Counted from the first letter of the stretch, positions 28,030 through 37,500 are shown. The stretch is 64,000 nucleotides of DNA from an uncultured Gammaproteobacteria bacterium (GCA_964645605.1 CAZYCE010000003.1:57135-121134); one strand, 5' to 3'. Notes: generated by a model from the letters alone, not told the origin. Numbers and translations: made by a program.

Positions 28030-29064
28030 TTACTGATTATTATTTATGGTCTTAATTATATTGGCCGCAATTGCTTCAATAACGGGAATTGCCACACTAT
28101 TACCGATCTGTTTCATCCTTTGGTTGGGCGACAGCTGATCAGGAAATTTGAAGTTACTCGGAAAGCCCATCATTGATTTTGCCTCGTCAACGGTGAGTTG
28201 ATGAGGTTTTCTTTTTTTGGAATTCTTTTCGAAGAATAAATAAGAATCCCATGTTCTTTTATCGTTTACCCAAATTTTATTGTCATCGACTCTGATATAA
28301 GAATCGTCTGGCGTTTTGTGTTTATCTAGCCAATTGTTACTTTTATATGCCGAGCCTACACCACCCAACCTAATTGTTCTTCCGACACGATTGGGCCAAC
28401 CCAATCGTGTTATGTCTGACGAGTCCCACTCTTCGTTCAAGTTTTTAAAGAATTCTGATAAGGTAACAGGTTCTTCATGCGTCGGCTTCGGCCACCACGA
28501 ATCATCAGGAGCCGCGCGTAAAACATCTTCCCTAAAACCGACCATGTACACTCTATCTCTTTTTGTGGGGAGTCCAAATTGTGAAGCCTTATAGGTGTGG
28601 ATAGAAATTGGATAACCCGCACTTTTCATTTCGCTTTTAATAAAATCGATTAGTTTGCCGTTGTTTCCATTGGGAATATTAAGTAAGTTTCTGACATTTT
28701 CCAAAAATACGGCTTTTGGTTTTTTTTCGCGAACAATCTGAACAATATATTGGAAAAGTGTTCCTCTGTGATCATCAACTCCTCTTTTTTTACCGACAAC
28801 ACTAAAAGGTTGGCATGGAAATCCCGCACAAACAATATCTATACCTGTGGGGATGCCTCTTCTTACAACGGGATCTTTTATATCACCAAGGAGCTTCGTT
28901 CCTTTAAAGTTTTTTGAATATGTCAAACTCGCTTTATCGTCGATATCTACTGCAAGTACGCATTCTGAGGGTATTCTAAGTTTTTCTGAGGACTGTTTTA
29001 TTCCCAAATGAAATCCACCAATTCCGGAAAAAAGATCAACGAATTGTAATTTGTTCTTTCTCAT
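28030..29064 (-). CDS. dcm: DNA (cytosine-5)-methyltransferase
   Basis: Motif I FVDLFSGIGGFHLG, motif IV GFPCQPFS, ENV motif VI (FLENVRNL) and C-terminal GNSV. Confidence 0.9.
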   Translation of the reverse strand: MRKNKLQFVDLFSGIGGFHLGIKQSSEKLRIPSECVLAVDIDDKASLTYSKNFKGTKLLGDIKDPVVRRGIPTGIDIVCAGFPCQPFSVVGKKRGVDDHRGTLFQYIVQIVREKKPKAVFLENVRNLLNIPNGNNGKLIDFIKSEMKSAGYPISIHTYKASQFGLPTKRDRVYMVGFREDVLRAAPDDSWWPKPTHEEPVTLSEFFKNLNEEWDSSDITRLGWPNRVGRTIRLGGVGSAYKSNNWLDKHKTPDDSYIRVDDNKIWVNDKRTWDSYLFFEKNSKKRKPHQLTVDEAKSMMGFPSNFKFPDQLSPNQRMKQIGNSVAIPVIEAIAANIIKTINNNQ

Positions 29065-29076
29065 GCAAACACCGTT

Positions 29077-29826
29077 TCAACTTAGCTTAGAGAGAAAATC
29101 ACGGCAACCATCAAGTAACTGTCGCATTTGGATGTCACTCATCGAAGAGAGTATTTTATATGATCCGTAATAGTTAAGTTTTTTCATTAATTCACGATAC
29201 TTAAGTTCCCTGCCTGGTTCAAATAATTTAGGGTTGTCCTTCTCAAAATCCAAAATTGAGCTAATCATTTTTTTGTTTTTTCCCTGATATCCTGAATAAA
29301 TTGTCCTTGTTTGATCCAAGTCACGAAAGGCTAATCGCGATAATTCATAAGGGTCACGTCTTTTATTGTCAAAGGTTAAATAAATAATCCACCAAAGTTT
29401 TGAGATCTCATTTCTCATCAAGTCGTTTGCAGAACTATTTTCTACAAACCAATGAGTTAAGACGTGGTTAACCAACTGTTCATTAGTTTTGTGGCTCGAA
29501 GGAACAGGGCTTCTTTTTTGCATATAGTTCCAAAATACCGTGTGTGAAAGACATGACCAAATCCTTGGATCTGTTGCATAATCTGGCTTTAATCCGTGAA
29601 TTTTTTCAAAAAGAATTTTGCCGTTCTCAAACTCGAATTGAGTTTTGTCTTTACCCTCTGGCTCAAGGAGTTTGATATCGTCATCAATGGTAACTGTGGG
29701 GTGTTCCCAAACGCATTCCTCTTTTATCGGAAATGAACTAGCCGAATAAAGGGGCAATGATTTGGAATTTTTCACTGCATCTTTGAGCTCCACCAAGTAG
29801 GCGTTTGTAAAAAGTTTAAGTTTCAT
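29077..29826 (-). CDS. hypothetical protein (candidate cognate nuclease/effector)
   Basis: ORF translationally coupled to dcm. No motif was recognised. Confidence 0.3.
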   Translation of the reverse strand: MKLKLFTNAYLVELKDAVKNSKSLPLYSASSFPIKEECVWEHPTVTIDDDIKLLEPEGKDKTQFEFENGKILFEKIHGLKPDYATDPRIWSCLSHTVFWNYMQKRSPVPSSHKTNEQLVNHVLTHWFVENSSANDLMRNEISKLWWIIYLTFDNKRRDPYELSRLAFRDLDQTRTIYSGYQGKNKKMISSILDFEKDNPKLFEPGRELKYRELMKKLNYYGSYKILSSMSDIQMRQLLDGCRDFLSKLS

Positions 29827-30739
29827 TATATTGTTCGTTTATGCTTTCCTTAGTTGTGAGGGGAATAAGGCCCTCAATACTTATTAATTGCCTTGAAAAA
29901 GGAAGCCTCATTATTAATTGTGAAATTCTTGGTATATCTACAACTTGAAAATCTAAAGAGTCTGTTTCTTCGTTGTAGTAAATAGATAATTTCTCATCTC
30001 TTTTAATCTTGTGTTTAAGCATTTTATACCACGTATATTTTGGTTGTTCTGAGGATTGGTTTATGTATGCCAATATATAATTCAAAACTGGAAATACTAA
30101 CGAACTATGATAAATTGCCGGAATAAATTGATTTCTTCCAAAATAATCGAATTTTTTATGATCTTCGTGGGTCATATAAATTATTATTTTCTGGTTATCA
30201 AAACCGATTTCGAGTGGTTCCGCCTTTCCACCATTTGGATTGTCTACTACAACAAAAAAATTTTTAACTAATTTTGTTGATTGGAAAATTTTCTCCGCCC
30301 AAAAAATTTTTTCATTTGTAAAAGCTAAAATATCACCCGCATCTAAATCAAAACCGTTATCCAAATACTCATCATTAAAATTAGGGCTTTTATATTGGGC
30401 AATAGATGCTGTCGCTACGATAAAAAACTGAATTGCTACCTCCTCCGAAACATCATCCGCAGAGATCATAATTTCTTGAGTTTCACTCTTACTGTTGTAT
30501 GTGCTTCTGTAAATTGTACTTTCACACTGTATATCGACACAAAAACAAGCCTTATCATCTTGTATTAATTTTTCAATTGTCCTCTCAGCAAGATGGTGTT
30601 TGATCTTAAAATTATAAAAATGACCCCCATCTTTTTCTGTTATACTCGTTGCAACCATCCCAACATCATATTCTCCAGCAATGTCGCCCTCCCTTCCTAA
30701 AACTGGATATGGATATGATTTATTAGTCAATATTTTCAT
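29816..30739 (-). CDS. hypothetical protein
   Basis: ORF overlapping both neighbours. No motif was recognised. Confidence 0.3.
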   Translation of the reverse strand: MKILTNKSYPYPVLGREGDIAGEYDVGMVATSITEKDGGHFYNFKIKHHLAERTIEKLIQDDKACFCVDIQCESTIYRSTYNSKSETQEIMISADDVSEEVAIQFFIVATASIAQYKSPNFNDEYLDNGFDLDAGDILAFTNEKIFWAEKIFQSTKLVKNFFVVVDNPNGGKAEPLEIGFDNQKIIIYMTHEDHKKFDYFGRNQFIPAIYHSSLVFPVLNYILAYINQSSEQPKYTWYKMLKHKIKRDEKLSIYYNEETDSLDFQVVDIPRISQLIMRLPFSRQLISIEGLIPLTTKESINEQYNET

Positions 30740-32735
30740 ATTTTGCCTTTAGTCCTAAAGAGTATTTTTCATTGCTTTCAAAATATACAATCAGTTTAAC
30801 TTTTCCTTCATTGTCCGTAACAATATTATGAATTATATTGCCGTTAGTTATTAATGACTTCCCGGATATTTCTTCTGCGCCTGAAATTATTGGTGAGTTA
30901 TAGTCTATGCCGCTTTCGGTACCCCAGCCCAATATTAAATCCAATTTTTTATATTCCTGAAGGTCTAAGTTAATGTTGTATTTCCATTCACCATTTTTAC
31001 TCTTCGTTGCGAATGATCTAAAATCAGCATTCTTTAAGACAACCTCTTCACCTGAATGATTTTCATTACCCCCGTAGCCGTGACCGTGACCGTGGCCGCC
31101 TTCACGAATTAATACACCATTTTTCCCTTTTACACCCATCGTTGACACTGGAATAGTAACTACTGTTCGCCTTTCGAGCTTTTCAATTTCATGAATGTCG
31201 CCGGTGGCTCTGAGTGCGGTTTCTTCATCTGTTGGTTCACCGAATCCTGAATTCTCCATTGATGTGTCAAAACCTGCAAACTCATCGGGATTTTCTATCC
31301 CCAGCATGTCTTCCATTTCGGGTATTTCGCTTTCTTTAACAGATATAGTTTTACCTATCTCTCCCATAAAATCACTAACAAAGTCACGGAGTTCAACTTC
31401 TGCCGCCTCCGCCATCCGTTTTACCTGATCACTTTCTCCTGGTTTAACATAACTTGCCTTCCATTCATTGTGGGGGGCGTTTTCCATTTTGCGTAAAATT
31501 ATATTTCCCTCTCTACTCTCACATACGAATACAGCTGCAAATTTTTGAGGAAAAGCAAATACTTTATTCATAACCACCATTCCGTTATTCCTAACAAATT
31601 GAATTTTATTCTGGAAATCATTATTAAAGGAATAATACATTTTTAAATCGCCAAGAATTGTTGTCTTTTTCATGTACGGTTTTTCTTTATGTTCTGTATA
31701 TGCCCAGAGGTACGGAAAAGGATTCGGTCTAGTTTTGGTATCTGGTTTGTAAGTATCAAAAATCCCAGTTAAGCTTTTACCTAAATTATCCTTATTAACA
31801 ATAATGTCTTCAATTTGAACTTCCAAAAGTCCATCTTGAATTGCTTTCCAAAAATTGTACAGAATTTTTGTTGTCATCAGTTTTTTCCAGAAACCGCTAT
31901 CATCGAAATCGACAACATAAATATCTGTTCCTTGTTTTTCATCTAACCTCCGGAACATATATGGAATCTGATTCTTGGTACGAACCGGTTCCTGATTTTT
32001 TAAACCAAATGATCCACTACCTTGTTTCTTTTTGTTGTTAAAAATATGTGTATTTAAATCTAATAGGCCCCCAAAAACATATTTGTCTGTGTCAAAAATG
32101 CTGGAGTAAAAAAGAGTTCTAAATCCAGATAAATTATAAAAAGAAGCTTTTCCAAGACCCCACGAGCCACCACTTGTTTCACCTTTATTTGTTGATCCCT
32201 CTGTTTTAGCGAAACAGTAGAAATTGCTCTCGAGATATTTGGGGTCATTGGGGTCGCCACTCAAGCCCTGCGTATTATAATCACTAATTTTCAAAATTTT
32301 AATAAATTCATTTTTGGTAATCTTGTCTATGGCATCACCGTAAAATTTCTTTACATTCGGGTCGCGATAATATTCTTGACAAGCCTGGAATATGGATTTT
32401 AGTTGATCTGGGTTGGGAATTTCTTTCGCTTTTATTTTTAATAACTCGAATTTGGCAATTGCAGGGCCTTCCACGTTTTCGTCTTTAGCATCGAGTATGT
32501 TTTGAATAGCTTCTCTGGCCAAAGATTGTCTGGGGTCTTCTAAGAAATTAGATCCAAGAGGCGCATTAAATCCGTCATCTCTTCCATGTCCCAGATCTTC
32601 GAATTCGTAATTTAAATCAGCCATTTTATAATTGGAATTTAACTTTCTTTGTATAAGTAAATTTGGATTTTGCGTTATTTTTTGCCCCATCGATTGCGGT
32701 AAATATCTTTTGAATTTCGGAATCAGTATAATCAT
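30723..32735 (-). CDS. GHKL (Bergerat-fold, HATPase_c) ATPase, MORC/paraMORC-like
   Basis: N-box SLAREAIQNILDA and G2 box GGSWGLGKASF. The likely true start is MADLNYE at about 32624, 1 nt after the stop of the upstream 79-aa ORF. A GHGHGHGYGG low-complexity tract lies in the C-terminal third. Confidence 0.55.
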   Translation of the reverse strand: MIILIPKFKRYLPQSMGQKITQNPNLLIQRKLNSNYKMADLNYEFEDLGHGRDDGFNAPLGSNFLEDPRQSLAREAIQNILDAKDENVEGPAIAKFELLKIKAKEIPNPDQLKSIFQACQEYYRDPNVKKFYGDAIDKITKNEFIKILKISDYNTQGLSGDPNDPKYLESNFYCFAKTEGSTNKGETSGGSWGLGKASFYNLSGFRTLFYSSIFDTDKYVFGGLLDLNTHIFNNKKKQGSGSFGLKNQEPVRTKNQIPYMFRRLDEKQGTDIYVVDFDDSGFWKKLMTTKILYNFWKAIQDGLLEVQIEDIIVNKDNLGKSLTGIFDTYKPDTKTRPNPFPYLWAYTEHKEKPYMKKTTILGDLKMYYSFNNDFQNKIQFVRNNGMVVMNKVFAFPQKFAAVFVCESREGNIILRKMENAPHNEWKASYVKPGESDQVKRMAEAAEVELRDFVSDFMGEIGKTISVKESEIPEMEDMLGIENPDEFAGFDTSMENSGFGEPTDEETALRATGDIHEIEKLERRTVVTIPVSTMGVKGKNGVLIREGGHGHGHGYGGNENHSGEEVVLKNADFRSFATKSKNGEWKYNINLDLQEYKKLDLILGWGTESGIDYNSPIISGAEEISGKSLITNGNIIHNIVTDNEGKVKLIVYFESNEKYSLGLKAKYENID

Positions 32736-32865
32736 ACGAGCTTCTGTTGGATAAATTTCCCAACAACCGCAGGTCGTTTAAAATACGATTTACCCTTCGG
32801 GTTGCCAATCTTTCAAATCTTTGGTGTCTTGTTTCCGACATGTCTATTATATGGGATACTATCAC
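32626..32865 (-). CDS. small basic protein, possible DNA-binding partner of the ATPase
   Basis: 79-aa ORF whose stop abuts the inferred ATPase start. RFERLATRRVNRILNDL helix. Confidence 0.3.
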   Translation of the reverse strand: MIVSHIIDMSETRHQRFERLATRRVNRILNDLRLLGNLSNRSSYDYTDSEIQKIFTAIDGAKNNAKSKFTYTKKVKFQL

Positions 32866-32930
32866 TAAATATAGTATTTGTCAATAGTTATATACATATT
32901 TAATCTACAGAGTATATTTAACAACTTAAA

Positions 32931-33791
32931 TCAACCTAATCCAAACTTTTCTTTTAATGAAGATTCTTGTATTAAATATTTAAAGAATTCCTCAACTTGT
33001 TCAATTCTTACAATTTTAATGAATGGTCTTAGCTCGTGAAAAGTGCCGGAAAGAAGTTCGCTTACTTTCTCGAAATTGACACTATCTACAACTATGAATG
33101 GCTCACTATTCCATAGATCAAATGCATGTTTTAGTTTTGACAATGCCTGATGTGGACTTCCACCAATCTGAACTTCAAAAACTTTAGTCGGAACCCCTCG
33201 TGGGACTCTACGCCATGCAACATCCAATCTTTCACTATCAATCCCGTATTCTTTTTCACTTATAAAATGTTCCATTTGACCGATTTCCGTAAGTTTGTCC
33301 CTAATTTGATTATGTAAAGAAAGCTCGGGAGTCACCGTTTTTATTGGAATCTCCAGTTTGACGGCGTTGATAGTCAAATTGAGTTTGTCCGAAAGCCTGG
33401 CCATTAACTCTTTAACAACTTCTTCCTTACTAACGGGGTTAACTCCCGCCTGTAGACTTAACGATAAGTCATTTACGGCAACGGCGCTTTCTTGCCATTT
33501 TTCGGGAGAAAGAACACCCAAAATTTGAAAATCAAAACGGTACGGATAAATAACACTCTTCGCTCTAATCTCATCGGGCCAGAGCGGTTTATCTTGCTTA
33601 AACTTAGACTCAAGCTTACCGAGACCAATTAACCCTTTTATTGGAGATTTTGCGTAAAAAAGAAGATAATCACCCCTTTCGAGCTTTTTCCATCTGGAGA
33701 CAAGACCACCTTCCCGAACTCCCCAAATATTGCCGTTATTAAATGCCGTTTCCCAATTTTCTTCGTTGCCAGTCAGTATCCAAACTCTCAT
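32931..33791 (-). CDS. EVE/PUA-like domain protein with possible C-terminal nuclease domain (candidate modification-dependent restriction enzyme)
   Basis: N-terminal MRVWILTGNEENWETAFNNGNIWGVREGG...GDYLLFYAKSP matches the EVE fold. The C-terminal D..(VFEVQ)..K spacing is weakly PD-(D/E)XK-like. Confidence 0.45.
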   Translation of the reverse strand: MRVWILTGNEENWETAFNNGNIWGVREGGLVSRWKKLERGDYLLFYAKSPIKGLIGLGKLESKFKQDKPLWPDEIRAKSVIYPYRFDFQILGVLSPEKWQESAVAVNDLSLSLQAGVNPVSKEEVVKELMARLSDKLNLTINAVKLEIPIKTVTPELSLHNQIRDKLTEIGQMEHFISEKEYGIDSERLDVAWRRVPRGVPTKVFEVQIGGSPHQALSKLKHAFDLWNSEPFIVVDSVNFEKVSELLSGTFHELRPFIKIVRIEQVEEFFKYLIQESSLKEKFGLG

Positions 33792-33866
33792 TCTTGCCTA
33801 TTTTAGCACTATTTTATTTCAAAGGCTTAATATACCTACAACAAGACAATTGGCCAACTCTTATGT

Positions 33867-34289
33867 TTAGTTGGCAGCCCCGCTAGGCTGCAAGCGCACA
33901 AAACCGCATTTTTCCCCGTCGCTCAATCCGACGATGGTCAGGCGGGAAAAAAATTCCTCCCAAGTCTTTCCTACCGTTTTAAGAAGCACAAAGGTTCCGT
34001 TTACAACCTTAAGCCCTTCCCAATGGTCCAGGCATTTAGTTATGACCACAATATTTTCCGGATTATAGATATTCCTGTAAACCATGTTTTTTTCATCAGA
34101 TTTTCCGTTATAAGTATCAAGATCTGGTTCATAAAGCGCCGTAGCGGACATATTGACCCCTTGCTCTCTATAAAAATTAGCAAAAAGTATGTTGAGAGGA
34201 AACTCGGACAGCTCCGGCTTGCCCTCGATCTCAAGTTTTTTTGGGACAAACCCGAATCCCTGCGTTTGGTTATTATTTACTTCCATCAT
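33867..34289 (-). CDS. hypothetical protein
   Basis: ORF only. Confidence 0.3.
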   Translation of the reverse strand: MMEVNNNQTQGFGFVPKKLEIEGKPELSEFPLNILFANFYREQGVNMSATALYEPDLDTYNGKSDEKNMVYRNIYNPENIVVITKCLDHWEGLKVVNGTFVLLKTVGKTWEEFFSRLTIVGLSDGEKCGFVRLQPSGAAN

Positions 34290-34518
34290 TTTTAATCACC
34301 TCCCTTCTTTACCAACAAAAAACCTCTCCGAAAGAGAGGTTTGAAAAAAACATTGCCAGTAAAAAATCGGCCAAATCTTTCCCTTTCGGGCTGGATTTAG
34401 CACCGTAATAAAAAACTTTTTACCCGGTTGCTGAGTGGATCAACGGGCCAGTGCCCTAACCACTACTCTAGATTTTTTGCCTTATGAGGTAATTATAATA
34501 CCAATTCTTCAAATTCTT

Positions 34519-34538
34519 CAAGGTATTTTTTTACCTTG
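34519..34538. promoter_or_regulatory. palindrome CAAGGTA-T7-TACCTTG
   Basis: Dyad related to the CAAGGTG-N-CACCTTG motif. A further half-site ttCAAGGTA lies at 34552. Confidence 0.35.
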
Positions 34539-34576
34539 CGGGGACTATTCTTTCAAGGTACTTTTCTAAAAATTAA

Positions 34577-34598
34577 TTTGAAGGTGGCACCTTGTGAA
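34577..34598. promoter_or_regulatory. palindromic site tttgAAGGTGgCACCTTgtgaa (motif copy 3)
   Basis: Same dyad as the copies at 10.5 and 10.9 kb. Confidence 0.4.
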
Positions 34599-34730
34599 TA
34601 AAAACACGGGCTATTTGAGGGATCGGGTCACTAGGGAGGTGCATATGCCGATTCGGTACCTCGGTCCGGACCCATTGTATCATTATAACTCTTGTCCCGC
34701 CCCAAGGCTAAATGAGAAAAATGAGACACC
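34595..34730. repeat. intergenic repeat family copy (D)
   Basis: ggctatttgaggg...gggtcactaggg...cctcggtccggacc...ccccaaggctaaatgagaaaaatgagaca. It shares blocks with copies at 37.3, 40.3 and 47.2 kb. Confidence 0.5.
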
Positions 34731-34780
34731 GTAAAGGAGTGATTGATTGTATTTTCAAGCTCGGATGGTAAAATTCAAAC

Positions 34781-36049
34781 ATGTCTACATCCGAAGGCAT
34801 TATTGAAAGATCGAGATTTGGGAAAAAGTTTATTAAACCACTTTATGATTCGTACTGTTTTTCAAATATTCCGGCAACCATTCAATCCCTTCTGGGTGTG
34901 ACAGGAAACACGGGGCTTCCCGGGGACGTTTTACCCTCAGGGGAATACAAGGAATACCAAAAAGTTGTTTTTCTCTTCATAGACGCTTTTGGCTGGAAGT
35001 TTTTCGAAAAATATAAAAATAAATATCCGGTTTTGCAAAGATTTGTAGATAAAGGAGTTGTTTCTAAAATTACTGCACAATTTCCGTCAACGACCGCGGC
35101 TGAGGTTACAACAATGAATACCGGATTATCGGTTGGGGAGAGCGGAGTTTATGAATGGTTTTATTATGAACCAAAACTTGATGCCGTTATCGCACCCCTC
35201 CTTTTTTCTTATGCGAAAGATGACGGACGGGGAACGTTGGCACAAACAGGTATTGATCCTGCCAAGCTATATCCAACAGAAACGTTATATGAAAAGCTTA
35301 AAAACCGAGGAGTTAAATCCAATCTTTTTCTCTCTTCCGAATTTGCGAATTCAGAGTACAACTTGGCTGTAGGTAGAGGCGCAAATATATATCCTTTTGG
35401 TTCGGTTGCAGAAGCCCTAACAAATCTTTCCGAAATGCTTGTTAAAGAGTCGGAAAAGTCTTATTTTTATTTCTATTACGGAAAGATTGACACAATGGGC
35501 CATGAATACGGAACAGAATCAAGATATTTTGAATCCGAAGTTGACCTTCTTTTTACCGCTTTGGAGCACATATTTATGAAGTTTGTTGAAGGAAAAGTTA
35601 AAGACACAATAATTCTTCTCAGTGCCGATCACGGCCAAACAAACGTGGACCCCAAAACAACCTTTTATTTAAACAGGGAAATTAAAGATATTTCCAAATA
35701 TCTGAAAACCGCCAAGAATGGCGAGGTGATTGTCCCGGCAGGGTCGTGCAGGGATATGTTTTTACATGTAAGGGAAAATTCTTTGGATGAGCTTTCCGGA
35801 ATACTTAATGAAAAATTGAAAGGGAAGGTTGAAATATATAAAGTCGAAAAACTTATCAAGGACGGATTCTTTGGCAGAAATATATCAAAAGAATTTACCG
35901 AGCGGGTCGGAAATCTTGTAATACTTCCGTATGCAGGAGAATCTGTTTGGTGGTATGAAGAAGGGGTTTTTGAACAAAAACATATAGGACATCACGGTGG
36001 CTTAACTCCGGAAGAAATGGAAATTCCATTTCTGGTTTTACCTATGTAG
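34781..36049 (+). CDS. alkaline-phosphatase-superfamily protein (type I phosphodiesterase / nucleotide pyrophosphatase family)
   Basis: FIDAFGW metal-ligand motif, FPSTTAAEVTTMNTG nucleophile region and LSADHGQ. Confidence 0.6.
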   Translation: MSTSEGIIERSRFGKKFIKPLYDSYCFSNIPATIQSLLGVTGNTGLPGDVLPSGEYKEYQKVVFLFIDAFGWKFFEKYKNKYPVLQRFVDKGVVSKITAQFPSTTAAEVTTMNTGLSVGESGVYEWFYYEPKLDAVIAPLLFSYAKDDGRGTLAQTGIDPAKLYPTETLYEKLKNRGVKSNLFLSSEFANSEYNLAVGRGANIYPFGSVAEALTNLSEMLVKESEKSYFYFYYGKIDTMGHEYGTESRYFESEVDLLFTALEHIFMKFVEGKVKDTIILLSADHGQTNVDPKTTFYLNREIKDISKYLKTAKNGEVIVPAGSCRDMFLHVRENSLDELSGILNEKLKGKVEIYKVEKLIKDGFFGRNISKEFTERVGNLVILPYAGESVWWYEEGVFEQKHIGHHGGLTPEEMEIPFLVLPM

Positions 36050-36089
36050 TTAATTCAACGGGGATTATATTGGATTATAAATCATCTCT

Positions 36090-36240
36090 TGTGCGATTTT
36101 TCCGAACAATAAACGTACCGTCCGGATGTTGGGAGAAAAAACTGGCGGTTTTGGAGGTATTTTTGGGCTCTTGAGGAATCTTGGTTGTTGGCCGCTGCCG
36201 AACGATTTGCACTGCAGCCTCGGCATCCGGCGATCCTAGA
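36090..36240. repeat. intergenic repeat family copy (H)
   Basis: Starts ctcttgtgcgattt. Contains ttttggaggtatttttgggctc and gctgccgaacgatttgcactgcagcctcggcatccgg. Confidence 0.5.
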
Positions 36241-37066
36241 GCCTATTTTTTCTTATTAAGTTACCGGTTGAGTCAAGTTCATCCAATCTTAAACGAAAAG
36301 TTTCCGTTGTTCCGTCCGGCATTCTTAAAATATCTTCCGCATTTGCCAAGAAAGACTTTGCCAAATCCGCACGTTCGGAATCCTTGTTTTTTGCGATATT
36401 ATCGGCAGTTCTTATTTCAATTCCCGATTTCCAAACTGCCCATGTATAATAATTATTTTCTTTTAGCCATTTCCCCTCATCTGAATCATCAAAATCTTTC
36501 AGAGTCTGTTGCGCCAAACCCAACCCCTCCTCAGTTTTACCTTGTTTTATTAGTGAGTAGGAAAGAAAACCAAGGAATTCTAATCTGTTAAATCTTTCCT
36601 CGGGTTTAGTTGATTGATCGAAATATTCAAGCCCTTTTCTGTAATGAGCTTCAGATTTTCCAAATTGTCCTTTATAATCCGCATACCTTCCTAAAAATCT
36701 ATACACCCTGGCTTTTATAACTGGGTCTAAATTTTCATCATTTCCTTCGGTATATTTTTCCATAGCTTTTGATGTGGTTTCCATGATAAATATTCCTTTG
36801 GCCGCTCTGAGTGGATTTGCTTTCAGTTTTTTGGCTTTTTCCTCCATAACCATATGTTGTGCGGAAAGGAACTCTTCTTGATAAAGCTGTACAAATGTGG
36901 ATGTTTCGCCCAATTTTTCCGCTTCTTCACGAACCTTGTGGATATAGGGAATCAGCACTTCCGAGGTACCCTTCTTTTCTCTTTCAATTGCAATCTGGGT
37001 TAAAATCGCCGGTAGATTTTCTTTGGTAATTATTTCCTGTTCAACGGAACGATCTTTGTTTTCCAC
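36236..37066 (-). CDS. hypothetical alpha-helical protein
   Basis: ORF with no strong motif. It may be TPR-like. Confidence 0.3.
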   Translation of the reverse strand: MENKDRSVEQEIITKENLPAILTQIAIEREKKGTSEVLIPYIHKVREEAEKLGETSTFVQLYQEEFLSAQHMVMEEKAKKLKANPLRAAKGIFIMETTSKAMEKYTEGNDENLDPVIKARVYRFLGRYADYKGQFGKSEAHYRKGLEYFDQSTKPEERFNRLEFLGFLSYSLIKQGKTEEGLGLAQQTLKDFDDSDEGKWLKENNYYTWAVWKSGIEIRTADNIAKNKDSERADLAKSFLANAEDILRMPDGTTETFRLRLDELDSTGNLIRKNRL

Positions 37067-37154
37067 GCAGAGATTTTATCACTAAGAGACTGGTGATATC
37101 AAGCAATAATAGCCTATAGGCCTACATTGTCCGAATCCTTTTTTGTCATGGATT

Positions 37155-37192
37155 GTGGAGTCGATTAGTTCGAATCTCACTTACCCTGCCAA
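37155..37192 (+). other. tRNA 3'-end-like fragment (GGAGTCGATTAGTTCGAATCTCACTTACCCTGCCA)
   Basis: TTCGAAT T-loop-like heptamer and terminal CCA. No matching 5' acceptor strand is present upstream, so this is a fragment, not a gene. Confidence 0.3.
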
Positions 37193-37269
37193 TCTCTATA
37201 CTTATAACTCAGCCCAAAAATGCTATGAGAAGAGCGAAATATTACTGGTACCAACTGATTGTTTTTAGT

Positions 37270-37500
37270 ATACGAAACAAAGATTCGAACAGAGGCTATT
37301 TGAGGGTAGAAAACCGTTATGACATCTTTGAGATGACATGTCAGCGGTTGCCGCTGTCATAACTCTCACTTTTGAAAATACCTTTGGGCTTTTTGGATCT
37401 TATGATCGCTTAGTGTCCAATCTTGCCGCGGGATAACGATTCTCACTGTAGTCTCAGCATTCAGATGTCGAAACAACCATAAGGTCTTTGGCCGTAAATA
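37270..37500. repeat. intergenic repeat family copy (C) with internal nested hairpins
   Basis: gattcgaacagaggctatttgagggtagaaaaccgttat...cttttgaaaatacctttgggcttt...gattctcactgtagtctcagcattcagatg. Confidence 0.5.

Noticed and set aside
34380-34470. tRNA-like sequence (ccagtgccctaaccactactc / D-loop-like TAGTGGTTAGGG on minus strand)
   Set aside because: Could not be folded into a cloverleaf. Anticodon and T arms do not pair.
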